From contig JBLDXI010000018.1 of the NCBI GenBank assembly GCA_047495785.1, forward strand, positions 1 through 64,000: a stretch of 64,000 bases of DNA, read 5' to 3'. The notes under the pieces were generated by a model. It saw only the letters and a list, made by a program, of their open reading frames with translations, did no database searches and had not been told where the DNA came from. The number at the start of each line of letters is the position of its first letter. Within the stretch, counting starts at the first letter, position 1. A program made the position numbers and the translations under genes. Below, piece by piece: positions 20,416 to 33,096 of this stretch. This DNA comes from Lepidodermella squamata (lineage: Eukaryota > Animalia > Gastrotricha).

Positions 20416-21181
20416 ATGGCTCATTGCAAGCTCGCAATCCTCCTGTTCTGCGTCGCCGCCTGCAGCGCCAGCCCCTTCGCCCGCCAAGAAAGCCCGGCTC
20501 CGTCTGTCGATGATTTTTCGGCTATCCTCGCAACTCTGCAACAGGCTCTGGAGACGTGCACAACCCAGGAAATCGAAGAAGCCGTTCAAACCCAGTAAGG
20601 GCCTTTCACTTGTTGGCTTCTGTCATTCATACTGTTGTACTTTGAAGGATGGACTTCACCCCTGTTGTCGAATGCGTTGCTGCCCACGCCGGGGAAGTTG
20701 TTGCCCACTTCGCTCAGGGTAAGTCCAATATCTCCTGGCTCTTATTCTCGGATAATAAGCCATGCATTAATTCACAGCCCAGAACACCGACAACGCCACT
20801 GTTGTCCAGTCCGTTGCTGGCGCCCTCAACGCCATTCTTTTCAACGGTTGCGACATCGACGCAATCGTTAGCACCCAGTGCCACCTGCCTGAAGATCCTG
20901 AGAACGAGGAGCAGGTCCTTGAATTTGTCGAGTGTGCTCGCGCTCTGTTCGCCGATGAGGATTTCGATGGCATGTTCCCCCAGTGCGTGCCCTTGAAAGA
21001 TGCTTTCAGTGTCGCCACTGCTAGGGCAGTGCTGACGTGTGACCCAACGAGCCCGTCGTGCGCCATACAAAATGCGGCGAACATGCAAATGACCGCTGTC
21101 GTTAATAGCATGCTGACCACTTATATTAGTAAAACCTATGGCCCCGCTTCGACTGTTAACAAGCTATTCCAAAGAGTTTAG
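20416..21181 (+). CDS. Secreted acidic Cys-containing protein of unknown family, 3 exons (20416-20594, 20648-20718, 20778-21181), 217 aa
   Basis: Signal peptide MAHCKLAILLFCVAACSA; introns 20595-20647 and 20719-20777 join three frames seamlessly; C-ending codon bias. Confidence 0.8.
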
Positions 21182-22922
21182 TCCCGCCGTTGCGCTGCCA
21201 GTTTCATCTGCAAACTTGAATGCCTTGAGAGACATTTATATTTAATCGCTAAATACTTAATATACTGGTGTTTGTTAGGAATATATCGGGCAATAAACTC
21301 ACCGCTAATTAAAGTTGCAAAAACTGAACTACGTGCAATGCATATATTCGCGTTCCCCTATTTGATTTCTCAGCATTTCAATCATCTTGAAACATATAGA
21401 GACCAGGCTCTACCATGAGGATGGGTACTTGAAGCGACGCTGAAAATGGAATATGTCACCAACATCTGAATAAAATTTGCTTGTGTTTGCAAAATTGCTT
21501 ATGTTAATTCTGCCGTAAATTCAGCAGCCGTTTTCTATGCTAGGGGCTGATGTCATTATTTCTCATGTCAGCTTTTGATTTGAAACTTTCAATCACGCTA
21601 GTTTTTCCAATCAGGATTCATTCGGGCGAATAAATATAGAATTTGTCATCCAGGCACCAACAGGCTACTGTTTTTCATTTAACTTCAAAAAGAATAACTG
21701 TGTAGTTACTATGCGGAGAATAACTGTGTAGTTATGAATATGTGAAGTCAGATTGATAAAGAAAGGCAAAATATATAAGACCACATTTTCGATTGAAAAC
21801 AAAAAGAAAACCATGCAGCCGTCAGAAATTTTCAAATTAAACTCATTCCGAGATGCATAGAGAATAGAGTTACTATTCTCTCTATTCTCTATTATCTATG
21901 CCGAACGAAGGAAGAAGGAATTTTCATCATTGGGTTGCAGAAACTTTGATGCATCATCCACAAGTAGAGAGATTCGTCAAATCGACGAAACTGTCAGTGG
22001 GCAAAGTTCGAATGCCGATTTCGTCCCTTCCGCCGTTAAAGGCTTAAGGTCAAATGCATTAGATTCGATCATGAAGTTTTGGTACCATCATTATTCTGGA
22101 AGGTCTATTTTATTCAGCTCGAAAGATGTTCACTGTGCTGCAACAGTTAATGAGCAGCGCCATTTAGCTATCAAATGAAAATGGTATCGACGCTAATCGC
22201 CTATATCTTGAATTCAAAGCTTCATCTTCGTAGCGCAGATTTATCAACCGTGTTGTATCAAGGTCTCATGCTGACAGTTTTCCCTGCACTACAGCTGAAT
22301 TCATTGATTAACTGAATTTTCCGATGATTTTCCGAGATCCAACGCGGAAATGTTTGGAGAGTCGACTTGTTAGTACCTCATTGTTTGTTGATCGCGCTCA
22401 AGTGCTCTCTCGCTCTACGCCGCAATAAAATATTCCATTAAAGCGCCAACGAATCGACAAGCTGCTAATAATTCATAAACCTTAGCCTATTATCAATAAA
22501 GCGGTCGCTTTAAGCCGCTCTCAAGGCGACGGCAAAAAGACAAAGCTGCAGTAGTAGTAGCAGTATAGAGTAGGACCTCCGTATATTTCATTGGGCTGCA
22601 AAATGTCACCGGGCGAGGATTTGAATGACGCTTCAACGGCACGTGCCGAGTCGTCGCGAGGTCCTCACAGCGCACAACCGGAAATCATAAGAGCCTCTGT
22701 TAATTACCGGCTCGCTGAGACTCCAGATAACACAGAACAGGAAACTAACAGTGAAATAAGCAGCATTTTTATTACTACGCGACAGAGCTCGTCTGTGTTC
22801 CACTCAAGACCTGGCATGGCCAGAACCGTAAGTCATTAATTTCTAGATTTTTTGACCACTCTCGAAAAATTCGACTGAAAGAGCAAGAGTATCTGATATC
22901 AGCAATCAGCTCGTTTTTTCTT

Positions 22923-24032
22923 ATGTCGATAAAGGTACTCGGAAGTGTGCTGCCGGTGGCGAAGGAGCGGTCCCCTCGGCGACCTAATAACAACGGCAAA
23001 GTCGGCGCGACACTTGCTTCAGATGACGTGACGCTATGGAAGCAGAAATTCCACCTTACGCCGCCTGAGAACAACCCCGCACCGTCTATAGTTGTCGCTG
23101 AGGCGGAAAAACCGACTCAACTACAGCCAATTGCTATCGTCGAGCCACCTCCTCCGCAACAAATGGCGGCTAACGACTCGAGTCAAGCTTTTAATAAATA
23201 CCCCGCCCCTGTTTTTGTGAAAACCGTCCTAATGTCAGCAAGGGCCGCTCAATTGAAACGAGGCCTGGCTGAGGGAGCTGCGAGACGGTCCAGGGTGAAT
23301 AACGACCTGCGCGAGGAATTGACTCGAATCATTCAATTCACAAACGAGCAACGTATAGCTCAACAACTATTAGAGCAGCAGCAGCAGGCGAGAAAAACTA
23401 CGCCAAGTAAAACTCCAGATCGAAATCGCAAGGGCATATCGCCCGAACTTATCAACACGCATCAAGTCACGATCGGTCCAGATGGCCAGCCGGATTACAC
23501 GGCAGAGATATGGGAATCTGCCTCTCCATCGAGAATTCGCCGTAGCCGGAAGGTAACTGACCACCGAAGTGAATCGAGACCTAAAAACGAATCGAGAGGG
23601 CCAAGGCTAGGAACTCCGCCAAACTCAGCAGCTGCGACGTGTTCTGGAGGTAATAGCATGGCTAACTACAGCATTCGAGATTGCGCAACTCCTAGGGCGA
23701 TCACACAACATCCGTTGAATTTCATCCCGAGTTCCAACCCGAGCACTCATCAGAGTCGAGCGAATACCCCAGGTGTGGGCAGGTTACTCCGGGGAGTTAC
23801 GCCATCTCGATCTCCTGGGCCGGTTCTAGGTGAGCCAACTCAACGCCCGACTTCGAGAAGACGGAGGTTTATCGCTTGTGTCGTCTCGCAGAATTTCGCG
23901 TTGAAATTGTTAGAAACTCCGCAGCCGTTAGAGCGTGCGAGGAATCGACACAGCCAGGGCGTTTTTCGGCGGAATCGGCTGAGCCAGTCACTAACTGCTC
24001 GGCCTGTCTTGAACGCAGCGATTCAGCTATAA
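22923..24032 (+). CDS. Disordered Pro/Ser/Arg-rich protein with short coiled-coil, unknown function (gene boundaries uncertain)
   Basis: 369-aa ORF with coding-like composition; no recognisable domain; possible upstream exon ending at a GTAAGT donor at 22828. Confidence 0.45.
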   Translation: MSIKVLGSVLPVAKERSPRRPNNNGKVGATLASDDVTLWKQKFHLTPPENNPAPSIVVAEAEKPTQLQPIAIVEPPPPQQMAANDSSQAFNKYPAPVFVKTVLMSARAAQLKRGLAEGAARRSRVNNDLREELTRIIQFTNEQRIAQQLLEQQQQARKTTPSKTPDRNRKGISPELINTHQVTIGPDGQPDYTAEIWESASPSRIRRSRKVTDHRSESRPKNESRGPRLGTPPNSAAATCSGGNSMANYSIRDCATPRAITQHPLNFIPSSNPSTHQSRANTPGVGRLLRGVTPSRSPGPVLGEPTQRPTSRRRRFIACVVSQNFALKLLETPQPLERARNRHSQGVFRRNRLSQSLTARPVLNAAIQL

Positions 24033-25382
24033 GAGCTTCACATTTGACTTTCGAAAATCGTGTTCCATAGCGTTAGTCTGATGACAAATAAAACTAATAA
24101 ATTGGTTTAATGATGGCTCATGTGATTATCGATGCCAGCGTAATTATGAAACCAGGGTTGGGAAAACGAATAACAACACTGAATATGTGAACTGCAATAC
24201 TCCCTCGATAAAAGCCATCGTGTGATCATTTATGAGCGTTCTAATATTTTCTCCGATCAAAATGCAAGTAATTTGGCAAGACGCATTTCCGTAGGGCTAT
24301 ATTTACGTTCGAGAAGAAATTGAGCCCCAGATGGTGCCAGCTGGTATTTTTCGTACGGTATTTCTGCTGTAGCATCAGCACAGTAACTAACACTATTACA
24401 AGATCATACGACAATCATACGACAAGGTTTTGGAATCATTTAGTTGCATTCCTGCAGCGAAGGCACAAGAAGCGGGGAAAGCGGCGAGCCACGACTGAAA
24501 GGCCATGTCTCACTAATCTCCGAACTGACACGGAAGCGGAATAAATTCAAGCAGTCCTCCGGTAGCCTGACGGATTCAGTTTTATTCGGAGTCAAATGCA
24601 GTCAACAGCGGCATTCCATTCAAGAAGCAATTCAACCAAATTGAATCAACAATGATATCAATTCCGATAATTTTATTCCATGGCCCCATCGGCATAAGGC
24701 ATTATAATATACCCTGTTGTAGTCATCCTTGTTTCCTTGTTCTGGGAAAAATGAGCAGAAACCAATCTGTCAACAAGGCGGAGCCAGTCTTAAGAGAACT
24801 GGGCATTTCAACTGCAGAAATGAGATCTTCTTTCATCAGCCATAATATTTCGATTACACTGGCGGTGAGCTCTATTTACCATTGACACATGTTATTCAAT
24901 AATCACCATGGTTTTAATTAATCAAGGCTAATACCAGTAATGACTAAAAAATGGTACATAGTATGTACCAGGTTCGGGATTACGTCAAGTTAAGCTGTTT
25001 ACATGATTATATACGGATCTTTTGCCAACTCGCATAGGAAAATACATCCCCGCTGGTGGGGACAGACTTCTGAACTGTATGGCCAGGCCAAATCTTCTTC
25101 ACTGATAACCCCGGTACTGCTTTACAGACGGATCAGCTGTTTCGTTTAATCAGCTGTGTTCTCATGTGCGTTATCGATGAGCGACGCACGGCTTGAGCTT
25201 GCACTTAAAAGGAACATATTTTTGTTCATTCTCTTTTATTCTCATAGAGTTCATGATCTTTAGTTGTTTACTCAACGCGCCGCTCATCGATACGCTCATG
25301 TGATCACAGCTGATCACACACAAATTTGGTTTGTTGCGAATATATGAACAGCAAGATATTAAGAAACTCGCATTATCAAAAA

Positions 25383-26036
25383 ATGCTGGCTTTAGAAATC
25401 TTTCTAATTCTATCCTTTGCAAGCTCAAGTTTAGCGGCTGGCGACCCTGCAGCTACGCTAGCCTGGGCCGACGAATATTGGGACTGTCTTTATGTGGATT
25501 GTTCAGTTCGTGTCCCAGCTGGAACGCCAGCGAATAACACATTCGAATGCGCAGAGTTTGTCGCCCGGTCTCTCGCAGCCGGCGGGTATTTCCCGGGTCT
25601 TGGACCGCTCGATTCCCTCAACTCGTACTGGAACTACAAGATCAATGGCGAAAAGTACTGCTTGACATGCCCGAGTAAGCACGGACCAAATTTCGTGACT
25701 GTGAAGAAAGGATTCGCCGAGGCTTTGTCTGCCCTCGGATGGCAGGTTTGCGAGGCCTGTCAGCCCGGCACTTGCGAGTATAACGTATCGCGTACGATGA
25801 TCAATGGCACGACTGTGATTGTCGATGAGTACTGCACTGGTCAAACTTGTGATTTCGCCGCTTCAGAGAGCTGCATCGATGTCGCGAGTGTGGTTCTTGT
25901 AGGTGGCATGAAGCATGTCGCAATCGGAGTTGGGCCTGGTCTTCTCAGTGCTCACAATGTGGCTAGGTACCACGTTGACTACAGCATCTACAAAAAGCGA
26001 GGCTACAACGTTGTTTTCAAGCCGCCAGCAAACTAA
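25383..26036 (+). CDS. Secreted Amidase_6/NlpC-P60-like papain-fold putative amidase, copy 1 (intronless)
   Basis: Signal peptide; WADEYW; ECAEFVARSLAAGGY (catalytic Cys); KHVAIGVGPGLLSAHN (His, His). Confidence 0.75.
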   Translation: MLALEIFLILSFASSSLAAGDPAATLAWADEYWDCLYVDCSVRVPAGTPANNTFECAEFVARSLAAGGYFPGLGPLDSLNSYWNYKINGEKYCLTCPSKHGPNFVTVKKGFAEALSALGWQVCEACQPGTCEYNVSRTMINGTTVIVDEYCTGQTCDFAASESCIDVASVVLVGGMKHVAIGVGPGLLSAHNVARYHVDYSIYKKRGYNVVFKPPAN

Positions 26037-26276
26037 TATGAGTTTCAAGACAATCGACAATCCATTATTATTATTATATAAAACAAGGATTGAGGTATTT
26101 GGATGGGATGGGTAAATTTGGATGGGAGTTAAAATTTAAGAATTCATTAAACTGGAATGATCGTTTGATGCCTTTTCACTTGTTCAAGTAATTTTGATCG
26201 ATTGGATTTGTTTTCCCAGCCTTTATTTCAATGCTAGTTGTTAGTCTTTCGAAATTCGAAAATTCAGCGAGCGTGA

Positions 26277-26416
26277 CAGTGCGCGAAGTAGGATCCCCGA
26301 ACTAGGGGGTATTTTCGGGCCCAAATTTCATGACCCCTGCGGTTTTTTTTATTTTTCCCTTTTGCCTTGCGAGCTGCAGGTAAGATACCATCCGTACTTC
26401 GCTACTTTGCGCACTG
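26277..26416. mobile_element. hAT-type MITE, 140 bp
   Basis: TIRs CAGTGCGCGAAGTAG / CTACTTTGCGCACTG; perfect 8-bp TSD GAGCGTGA (26269-26276 and 26417-26424). Confidence 0.85.
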
Positions 26417-26643
26417 GAGCGTGATCTGCGAAAGTGTTTACTTCAATGGTAACAGCATTTCATAGTCTCAACGAAAAGGCAACTGGCAGTTGACATCATT
26501 TGAAAATTTAACTTTCCTTTTTCAATTTCATCTTCAAGCTACTTAGCTTTTCGAGACCGCAGGCAAGGATGAATGAAGTTTGACTTTATTTTTCACAACA
26601 ATTTATGTTTGCTACTACATGGCACCTCAAACTTGCTTCTGTA

Positions 26644-29600
26644 TCACAATCCATTGTAAGGACTCTGAGCATTAATTGGATGATGACCACTAAATTGTAT
26701 CGGTCCGAGGTTCGAATTGGGACCTTTCGGATTCGCATACCAATTATTGGATCCAACTCCAACTGTCGAAGTCCGACGATGCATAGTAGCTCCATGCACA
26801 GGTGCTACTTTCTGCTGGCTTTTTGATTTCTTTTTCTTACAGCAACAGTAGGCTGTTACTCCAATCACAATGCCTAGAACTACAACACCTCCAACTACGG
26901 AACCAATGATAATTGTTGTTGTGGAGTCTGGAGTACCGCCATTATTGTTGTTGCTAGATGAAGTCTGTTCCACATAACCATCCTCGCCTAGGCAAGGGTT
27001 GTTTGATGGAATACAGCTATTCACATCGGCAGTGTAGCCCAAATCAGCAGATAGAGCCTTATCAAAATCTGGATCAGAAATGACTGAGCTGAAATCAGCC
27101 TGGCTTATCGAAACGCCTTCCGATGCAGCTCGTTTCCTCCTGGAAGATTTCATAACTCCGCCAGCCTCGCAAAATTTAGTGGACGATGATTTGTTGATAA
27201 CGATCGAAACCCTGAAACAGCAACCGTTTGCCTTCTTCGAAGTATTAGCGAAGTTTGAGTCAATCAAATCATCTGCATCGACGTAGATGAAGCTCGGAGA
27301 TTGTTGCATCGTGTAACCTGGGCAGCATTTCGAGTAATTCGCAGCGCATATCGTGTTGAGTCTCTTAGCCAGATTAACTTTGATGGCCTTCCTCGCCTTG
27401 AAATAGCCATCGATTGTTGGAACAGGGCTAAGGAGTAGCTCGACACCCTGTTTCATCTCGTCAGTTGTCGGAGTACATCGAATCCCGGTGCCACATTGTT
27501 GGTACTCTTTCGAACCATCAGATTTTATTCTCCACTGAAGCCCGATGCTACAATTTGAGGTACAGGGCGACCAGGTTAAGACTGACATACCGTTTGAGGG
27601 TGGCATGAGCTTTGTAAGATAGCTATCGCCGCCGGTGTATCTATCAATTGAACCAGTGGAAAGGTCCGTTAGAGATGAAGTGCCTTGGAAAGTTACACTT
27701 GTAGCTGCCGTGCAATTCCAAACGCCGACAGAGTAAACATCGACTGTCGGAGTGGCTGGGTTCGCTATGAAACCTGATGAAACTATGCCCAACAACATGT
27801 CCGAGCGTGTCAAGTCTAGATTATGGTTCTTTTTCAGGTTGAAAATGCGCGAGCAGATGTTTGTTCCGAATCTGCAAATGTCAATCTTGATTTCTCCTCC
27901 GCGGACTCTGATCTGCCATAGCGATTTAGTTCTCAGAAATGAAAGAACGAAAATCCGATCGCCGATGAAACATTCTTCTAGGCTATTGCCTGTCGGTAGG
28001 CATTGAGGAGGAGTATCAGGAGTTGCACTCAAAGATTCGTTAATGAAAGCTACATAGCCCACTGCATTTAGCGTATCCGAGAACGATAAAGATACAATCA
28101 ATCCTGAGAGTAGGCAAAATGAGATTGTTACAAGTCTTGTGACAGTTGAACCTAACCTCCTTTAGGAGCGACGGTCACTCCCGTAAAATATTCCGTGCCG
28201 GTCTGATACTTGCCAGAGCTATCAGGCCGAAAGATCGCTGCTCGTTTGGCCAGGTGGAACATGATGGCTCCTGGTGATGAGGTAACTGTTGCACTCACCA
28301 CAAACTCCACGTATAAATCATTCGAAGCCAAGATCTGGAAAAACAGAGTAAATTCATATGTGAAATGTTTCAGAATATCATACTTCGTTGGTCCATATTG
28401 CCCCAGTTCCCCATCCCGATGTGGTTAGTCTCAAAGCATCCTGGGTTGCGCTGTTGTATTCTTTATCTTGTTGAGTGTAGTAAGCCCAATAGCTCGTAAT
28501 ATCCGTCATTTTTTGAAATGACAACCTCGGAACAAAACCGCGATAGCACTGCAAATTCCGAGGCTGAATCTAAAAAAATAAAATTATTAATATATTTTTT
28601 TTAATTAATAAAATGAATCAATCAATAAAGGATTATTCTATAGCTAGCCATGATAGAGAAATGAAATTTCCCCCCGATCTGAAACCCCGAGCGAGTTTGG
28701 CGCAGCCAAACGAGTCGAGGGGATCAGAGAACAAATCTTTGCCTCGAAGAAGCCACTCAAATCGGTCGCCTTCCAGCTGGGTTCGCACAGAAATCAATGC
28801 ATCAACATCGCGACTGACTGAAGACTGACAATAATAGAAACCATCCGCTCGCTGCAACATGGTACCCAGGTCGCGGCGGAAAATAATCCAAGGATTTGGG
28901 TCAATTTTGCCGGTCGAAGATTCGCCGAGAAATCAGTCATTGTCGCCTCTAACGTTGCTATGGCTAGTCGCTGAATTTCTGTAGCTGCTCAAAGCCGCGA
29001 ATTCGAGGAGGAAACCGGATCTGCATCGCGACGGCTACCAGCAAGAGATTTCGACGACCTCGTTTTGCCTCATTTGTCAAATTGTTGTTTTTGCACGTGA
29101 AATTGCTTTCAAGTAAAATTGAGGTTTTTGCTTTTTCTGTGACTTTCCTACGATTCTCGAGAAAATAGGTTTTATGGGGGTTTTGAGGCTAATTCTGAGC
29201 AAAATGCTGCCCAAATTTATGGCAGTTTCATGCCATAGAGAAATTATTGGTTGTCATAGAGAAATTCATTGTAGCCATAGAGAAATCAAATTTCCCAGTG
29301 GCAAAATTTTACCATGCGCATGTTGGAATAATAGGAAAAATAGAAGGCCTCCCAGCTACTTTTTGAAATCATCGGCTCAAACTCACAGAAGAAGGAGCTG
29401 CAGTGGAAGTTTGCCCACAGCTCCACGTTTTGACAGAGATCAAATCAGTGTAAGCAAGACCTTGGAGTAAACTAGCAGAGATCGTCAGAAATGTATCCAA
29501 GCTACGAAACGCCGACTGAAATGAACTAGGCAGGGTGTTATTACTCCAAATTTGCTGGCATGTTGTTGTATTGACAACACAAGCTGCAAGTGATATGTTT

Positions 29601-30307
29601 CTCTGTTGAACTCGCAGTTTCCAAACAGAGACTTTGCCATTTATGTATGAGCTAACAAACGCATCGCCACCGACGTAACACCACTCGAATGAGCCGCATT
29701 TGCCGTCCGCAAACTGGCTCAGAATTTTGGCACTGTCAGTGTTCGGCGCGACCCAGCCTCCGAACACACGTCGAGCAGGCGGAGAAATGAAAATGGCCAA
29801 TCCTACGAAGGATACGCCAGATTTTAACGCTGACAAGTCGGGTGATCGGAATTACCTAGAAAAGAACCATCCTGTCCATAATATGCATCACTCTGTGGGG
29901 TGTTGGGGGTTATGAATATCGCGAATCCTTGATTAATCGTTGCATCGTTGAAAGCTCCAATAGAAAATGTTATCTCAGCATAAAAGTCATCCAGGATGAA
30001 AGGCTATATTGAGACGAATTCAATTTCTGTGTTCAAAACCTGGCTTCATTTCTGTTACCTTTTTGCCGAGGACAGTAGTCGCGCTTAAAACGCTCGAATT
30101 AGTGGTAAAAGTTACAGCGCCGCTGTTACGAGGGGAATTTGTGTAAGTTGCTCCAGGTCCTTGAACAACGCTCCAATCGCTTGCCGCAGAATTGAAGTCC
30201 GTAAAAGAGTACTGAGACTGGAAAACAGCGTTCGAGCATGTCGTGTCTTGTGAAATGACACTGGGCAAATGAAGAACTGATAGTATCGAGAGAATGAAAA
30301 ATGCCAT
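26644..30307 (-). CDS. Intact host type I membrane receptor-like protein (signal peptide, two beta-rich lectin-like repeats, TSP1-like, SEA-like with RRKR, TM, Cys-rich juxtamembrane, cytoplasmic tail); 6 exons
   Basis: ATG 30307 MAFFILSILSVLHLPSVISQ. Introns 30004-30058, 29803-29855, 28570-29386 and two short ones near 28335-28383 and 28104-28157 splice in frame. Long last exon contains WSPCTSNCSIGLQWR and TM IIIGSVVGGVVVLGIVIGVTAYCCCKKKK. Confidence 0.8.
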
Positions 30308-31386
30308 GCTCGAATGGTACTTTTGATTCTCATGCCCCCCAAATCTTCCAGATAGGTGGCTCATGTTCGGCTGCGTCTATAAGCGTAGTCCATCTGTTTT
30401 TATACAGCGTGTGATCAATAGGGCGCTATGCCTCTGCGAGCATTCGTTCGAGTATTCTTATCGCATTCTTCGTGTGCATTATTTATTACGTTGTATTCAA
30501 ACATTCTGATGCGCTGAAAAGTAACCAGGCGTTGTAGCAACGTTATGTAAACTTGCAACATTGAGCTGCCAAATTACAAGATCGCGGTAGAAGCACTCAG
30601 TCGAGGCTTCTCAGATACGAAAATACAGTATCTCACCCCAACCGTTAGCGGATTAATTGAAAACTCATACCACAGATTTCGACCACAGATTCATACAGGG
30701 ATCCTCGAGCTGCCAGGGATGGAAAAAAAATTCTGCTGTATTTACCAAAATTACTAGTTTTTTGGCGAATAACCGAGCGAAGCGAGAAAAGTTTCAGGAC
30801 TTTTCACTAAAACACGCGCCAGAACCTCTCACAATTGAAGAAAAAGTTTGATAAATTCTCATTTTGTCGGGGGGAATGAGAGTATCGTACCCCCAGTTCA
30901 CAAGGCGAAATTACCCCCCAGGTTCAAGGATCCTACTTCGCGCACTGGTCTGGCCCGGCCGAGCTGGGGGGATGATCCCCCCCATCCCCCCTGAAAGTCG
31001 CACACTGGATTCAACAATTGCAATGAACAATGAAAGTTGTTATTTTTCCTCCTCCATGGTTGGCTTGTGGTGGTGTTATTTAATTATTTAAATTGGCATA
31101 ATCGTTATACCGTTCGGTTTAGGGAGGGTGACGATCAGCGGTCGCGAGGGCAGCCGTTTATCACGTCTGTGAAGAGTCTGCTTTTAGCTGAAGATTCATA
31201 ATTTTCAATCGAATTCGCGAGCAAACGCCACTTGTCTCGATCTCGCGCAGCTGTAAGTGATATTTCCCAGTCATTTTCAGGTGTTAAGAACCATTGCATT
31301 CAGGATTTATTCATAATTCACAATTCACCGGTTAATCTAGAAACTTTCAGAGCAAAGTTCTTCCTTACCAACCTTTTGTCACTAAC

Positions 31387-32310
31387 TTAAAATGCCTTCC
31401 AGCTACCATTCCCGGCGCAAGTCAAATTCACAGCGATATTTACGTTTAAATTGTTCGGCCCCAGGAGAGAAACCGGGCAAGTAACATTCGCTCCAACTGG
31501 GAAATCACTGCCAATAAAACCAACAGGCGAAGAACACTGGAACCCGGCTAAAACTGGCAAGCCCTTACAACTAGTATTAGGCGCCGAAATCTGGAGCGAG
31601 GTGGATCGACACATCGGTTTCGAGGACCAAGTGCCAGCTGAAGAAGTGCAGAAAATCGGAGATTGACCAACAAGTGCAAAGCCGCCGAAACAGTAACATT
31701 GAACCGGCCAGCCTCGTCCACCAGCGAATTCATGCAGCAAACAATTCGCATTGTCCGGCATCGAATCAGGCCATGTTGGCTCGCAAGTGCCATTAGCGAT
31801 TTTAGGAATCGAATTTTTACAAGACAACGGGACTGGCATCGAATTGCGCTGGTTGCACGTGGAAGTATACGGATCGTCCTCGAGCGGAGGGGTTGTCATA
31901 GGAGTTGTTGTTGAATCAATTTGACGGCAAGTTGGCAATCGCGTCCAACTGCCGCTGGTCGATGTGCAAAATGCGTTGGCACCATAGGGCCCGTTTTCAA
32001 GCACGAACCCTTCAAAACAGCGGCATCTCACTGGCCAACCTCTTCCAGCTGCTATTTCGTGAAGAAGACAGTTGGCATTGTCTGGTTTGTCCGTCCACCA
32101 CGGCTCGCAAAGTCCTCCGACGATTTTAGGCAGAGTCTCTCTGCAAGCTTGAGGTACAGCCATTGAATTTTGCGGATTGCATAACGAGGCAGTAGTCGAT
32201 CGATAATTTTGGCGGTAAGTTGATGTTCTAGGAGTTGTATCCGTTGCTTGGCCTTTGATTTTTGACAGAGAAAGCAAAAGCAAAACGGTGACTTGCAAAA
32301 GGTGTATCAT
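31387..32310 (-). CDS. Secreted protein with two tandem Cys-rich sushi/CCP-like repeats and a partial third (intronless)
   Basis: Signal peptide; two copies of CN..NSM.VP..C...PKI..G.CEP.W...PDNANCLLHE.A.GRGWPV.C.CF.GF.L....FCTS..G.W...P.CR. Confidence 0.75.
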   Translation of the reverse strand: MIHLLQVTVLLLLSLSKIKGQATDTTPRTSTYRQNYRSTTASLCNPQNSMAVPQACRETLPKIVGGLCEPWWTDKPDNANCLLHEIAAGRGWPVRCRCFEGFVLENGPYGANAFCTSTSGSWTRLPTCRQIDSTTTPMTTPPLEDDPYTSTCNQRNSMPVPLSCKNSIPKIANGTCEPTWPDSMPDNANCLLHEFAGGRGWPVQCYCFGGFALVGQSPIFCTSSAGTWSSKPMCRSTSLQISAPNTSCKGLPVLAGFQCSSPVGFIGSDFPVGANVTCPVSLLGPNNLNVNIAVNLTCAGNGSWKAF

Positions 32311-33096
32311 GTTTATTTTTGTGTCTTGTGACGAGTGGCATCGTTTAATTGTCTTTCAGCCATGCCTGCCCACGAATCTACTCAACCGATCCTTCGAGGC
32401 CTAATACATATATGTGTCAGGTGAGAGCCAAAGGAGGAAAAAAGTATTTTGCGTTACGAGGTATAATATGTATATATAAAAGCATGGAGAAGAAATAACC
32501 ATGCGGCATCGTTTCAATAGCTACGAGAGAGTTTGCCACAGATTACAAGCCTTATTAAACAGAAAAAACATCGGAGCATGATTCATAGAAATAGGTGAGT
32601 CGGAAAGGTATCTATTTCTGAATGAAATGTTGATTCCTGTAAACCAGATCCGGCAAATGGAGCGAAACATGAACATGTAACATGGGACTGCTCTTTTTCA
32701 CAGCTTATACATAATTGTAATGTTTCTTCTACCTTTCACCTCCATGTTCTATCATCTCAAATGGCCTCATTTTAGGAACAGCTGCGTACGAATATCATTA
32801 AACAGCATTGCCTTATATGGTAATGTGAAACGTAGTCCGAAGTGCAATTTGCTCACGACAGCTGATTCTCGGAATCTAAATTGTGTGAGAACTTCACTGC
32901 TTTAACCGTTTACTTAGAAAAATCTCGACGCTTCATCGTATCATCTGATCAAATATCGCCGGATGATACGATGCAGATGCCTACGAAAATGACGCTATAT
33001 TCAACACTGTGGGCAAACAAATCACACTTTAATAATTGAACGATTTTTTTCGATTATATTCAATTTCAAGATTTACTTTTCGAGGAGTTTCCTAGG

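Noticed and set aside
20291-21120. Overlapping alternative ORFs around the secreted orphan gene
   Set aside because: Explained by the 3-exon gene 20416-21181 read in other frames or on the other strand.
21856-21900. Short CATAGA...TCTATG palindrome (related text near 34725 and 37640) as a terminator or ncRNA
   Set aside because: Eukaryotic context and low complexity; more likely remnants of a small repeat, too little evidence to classify.
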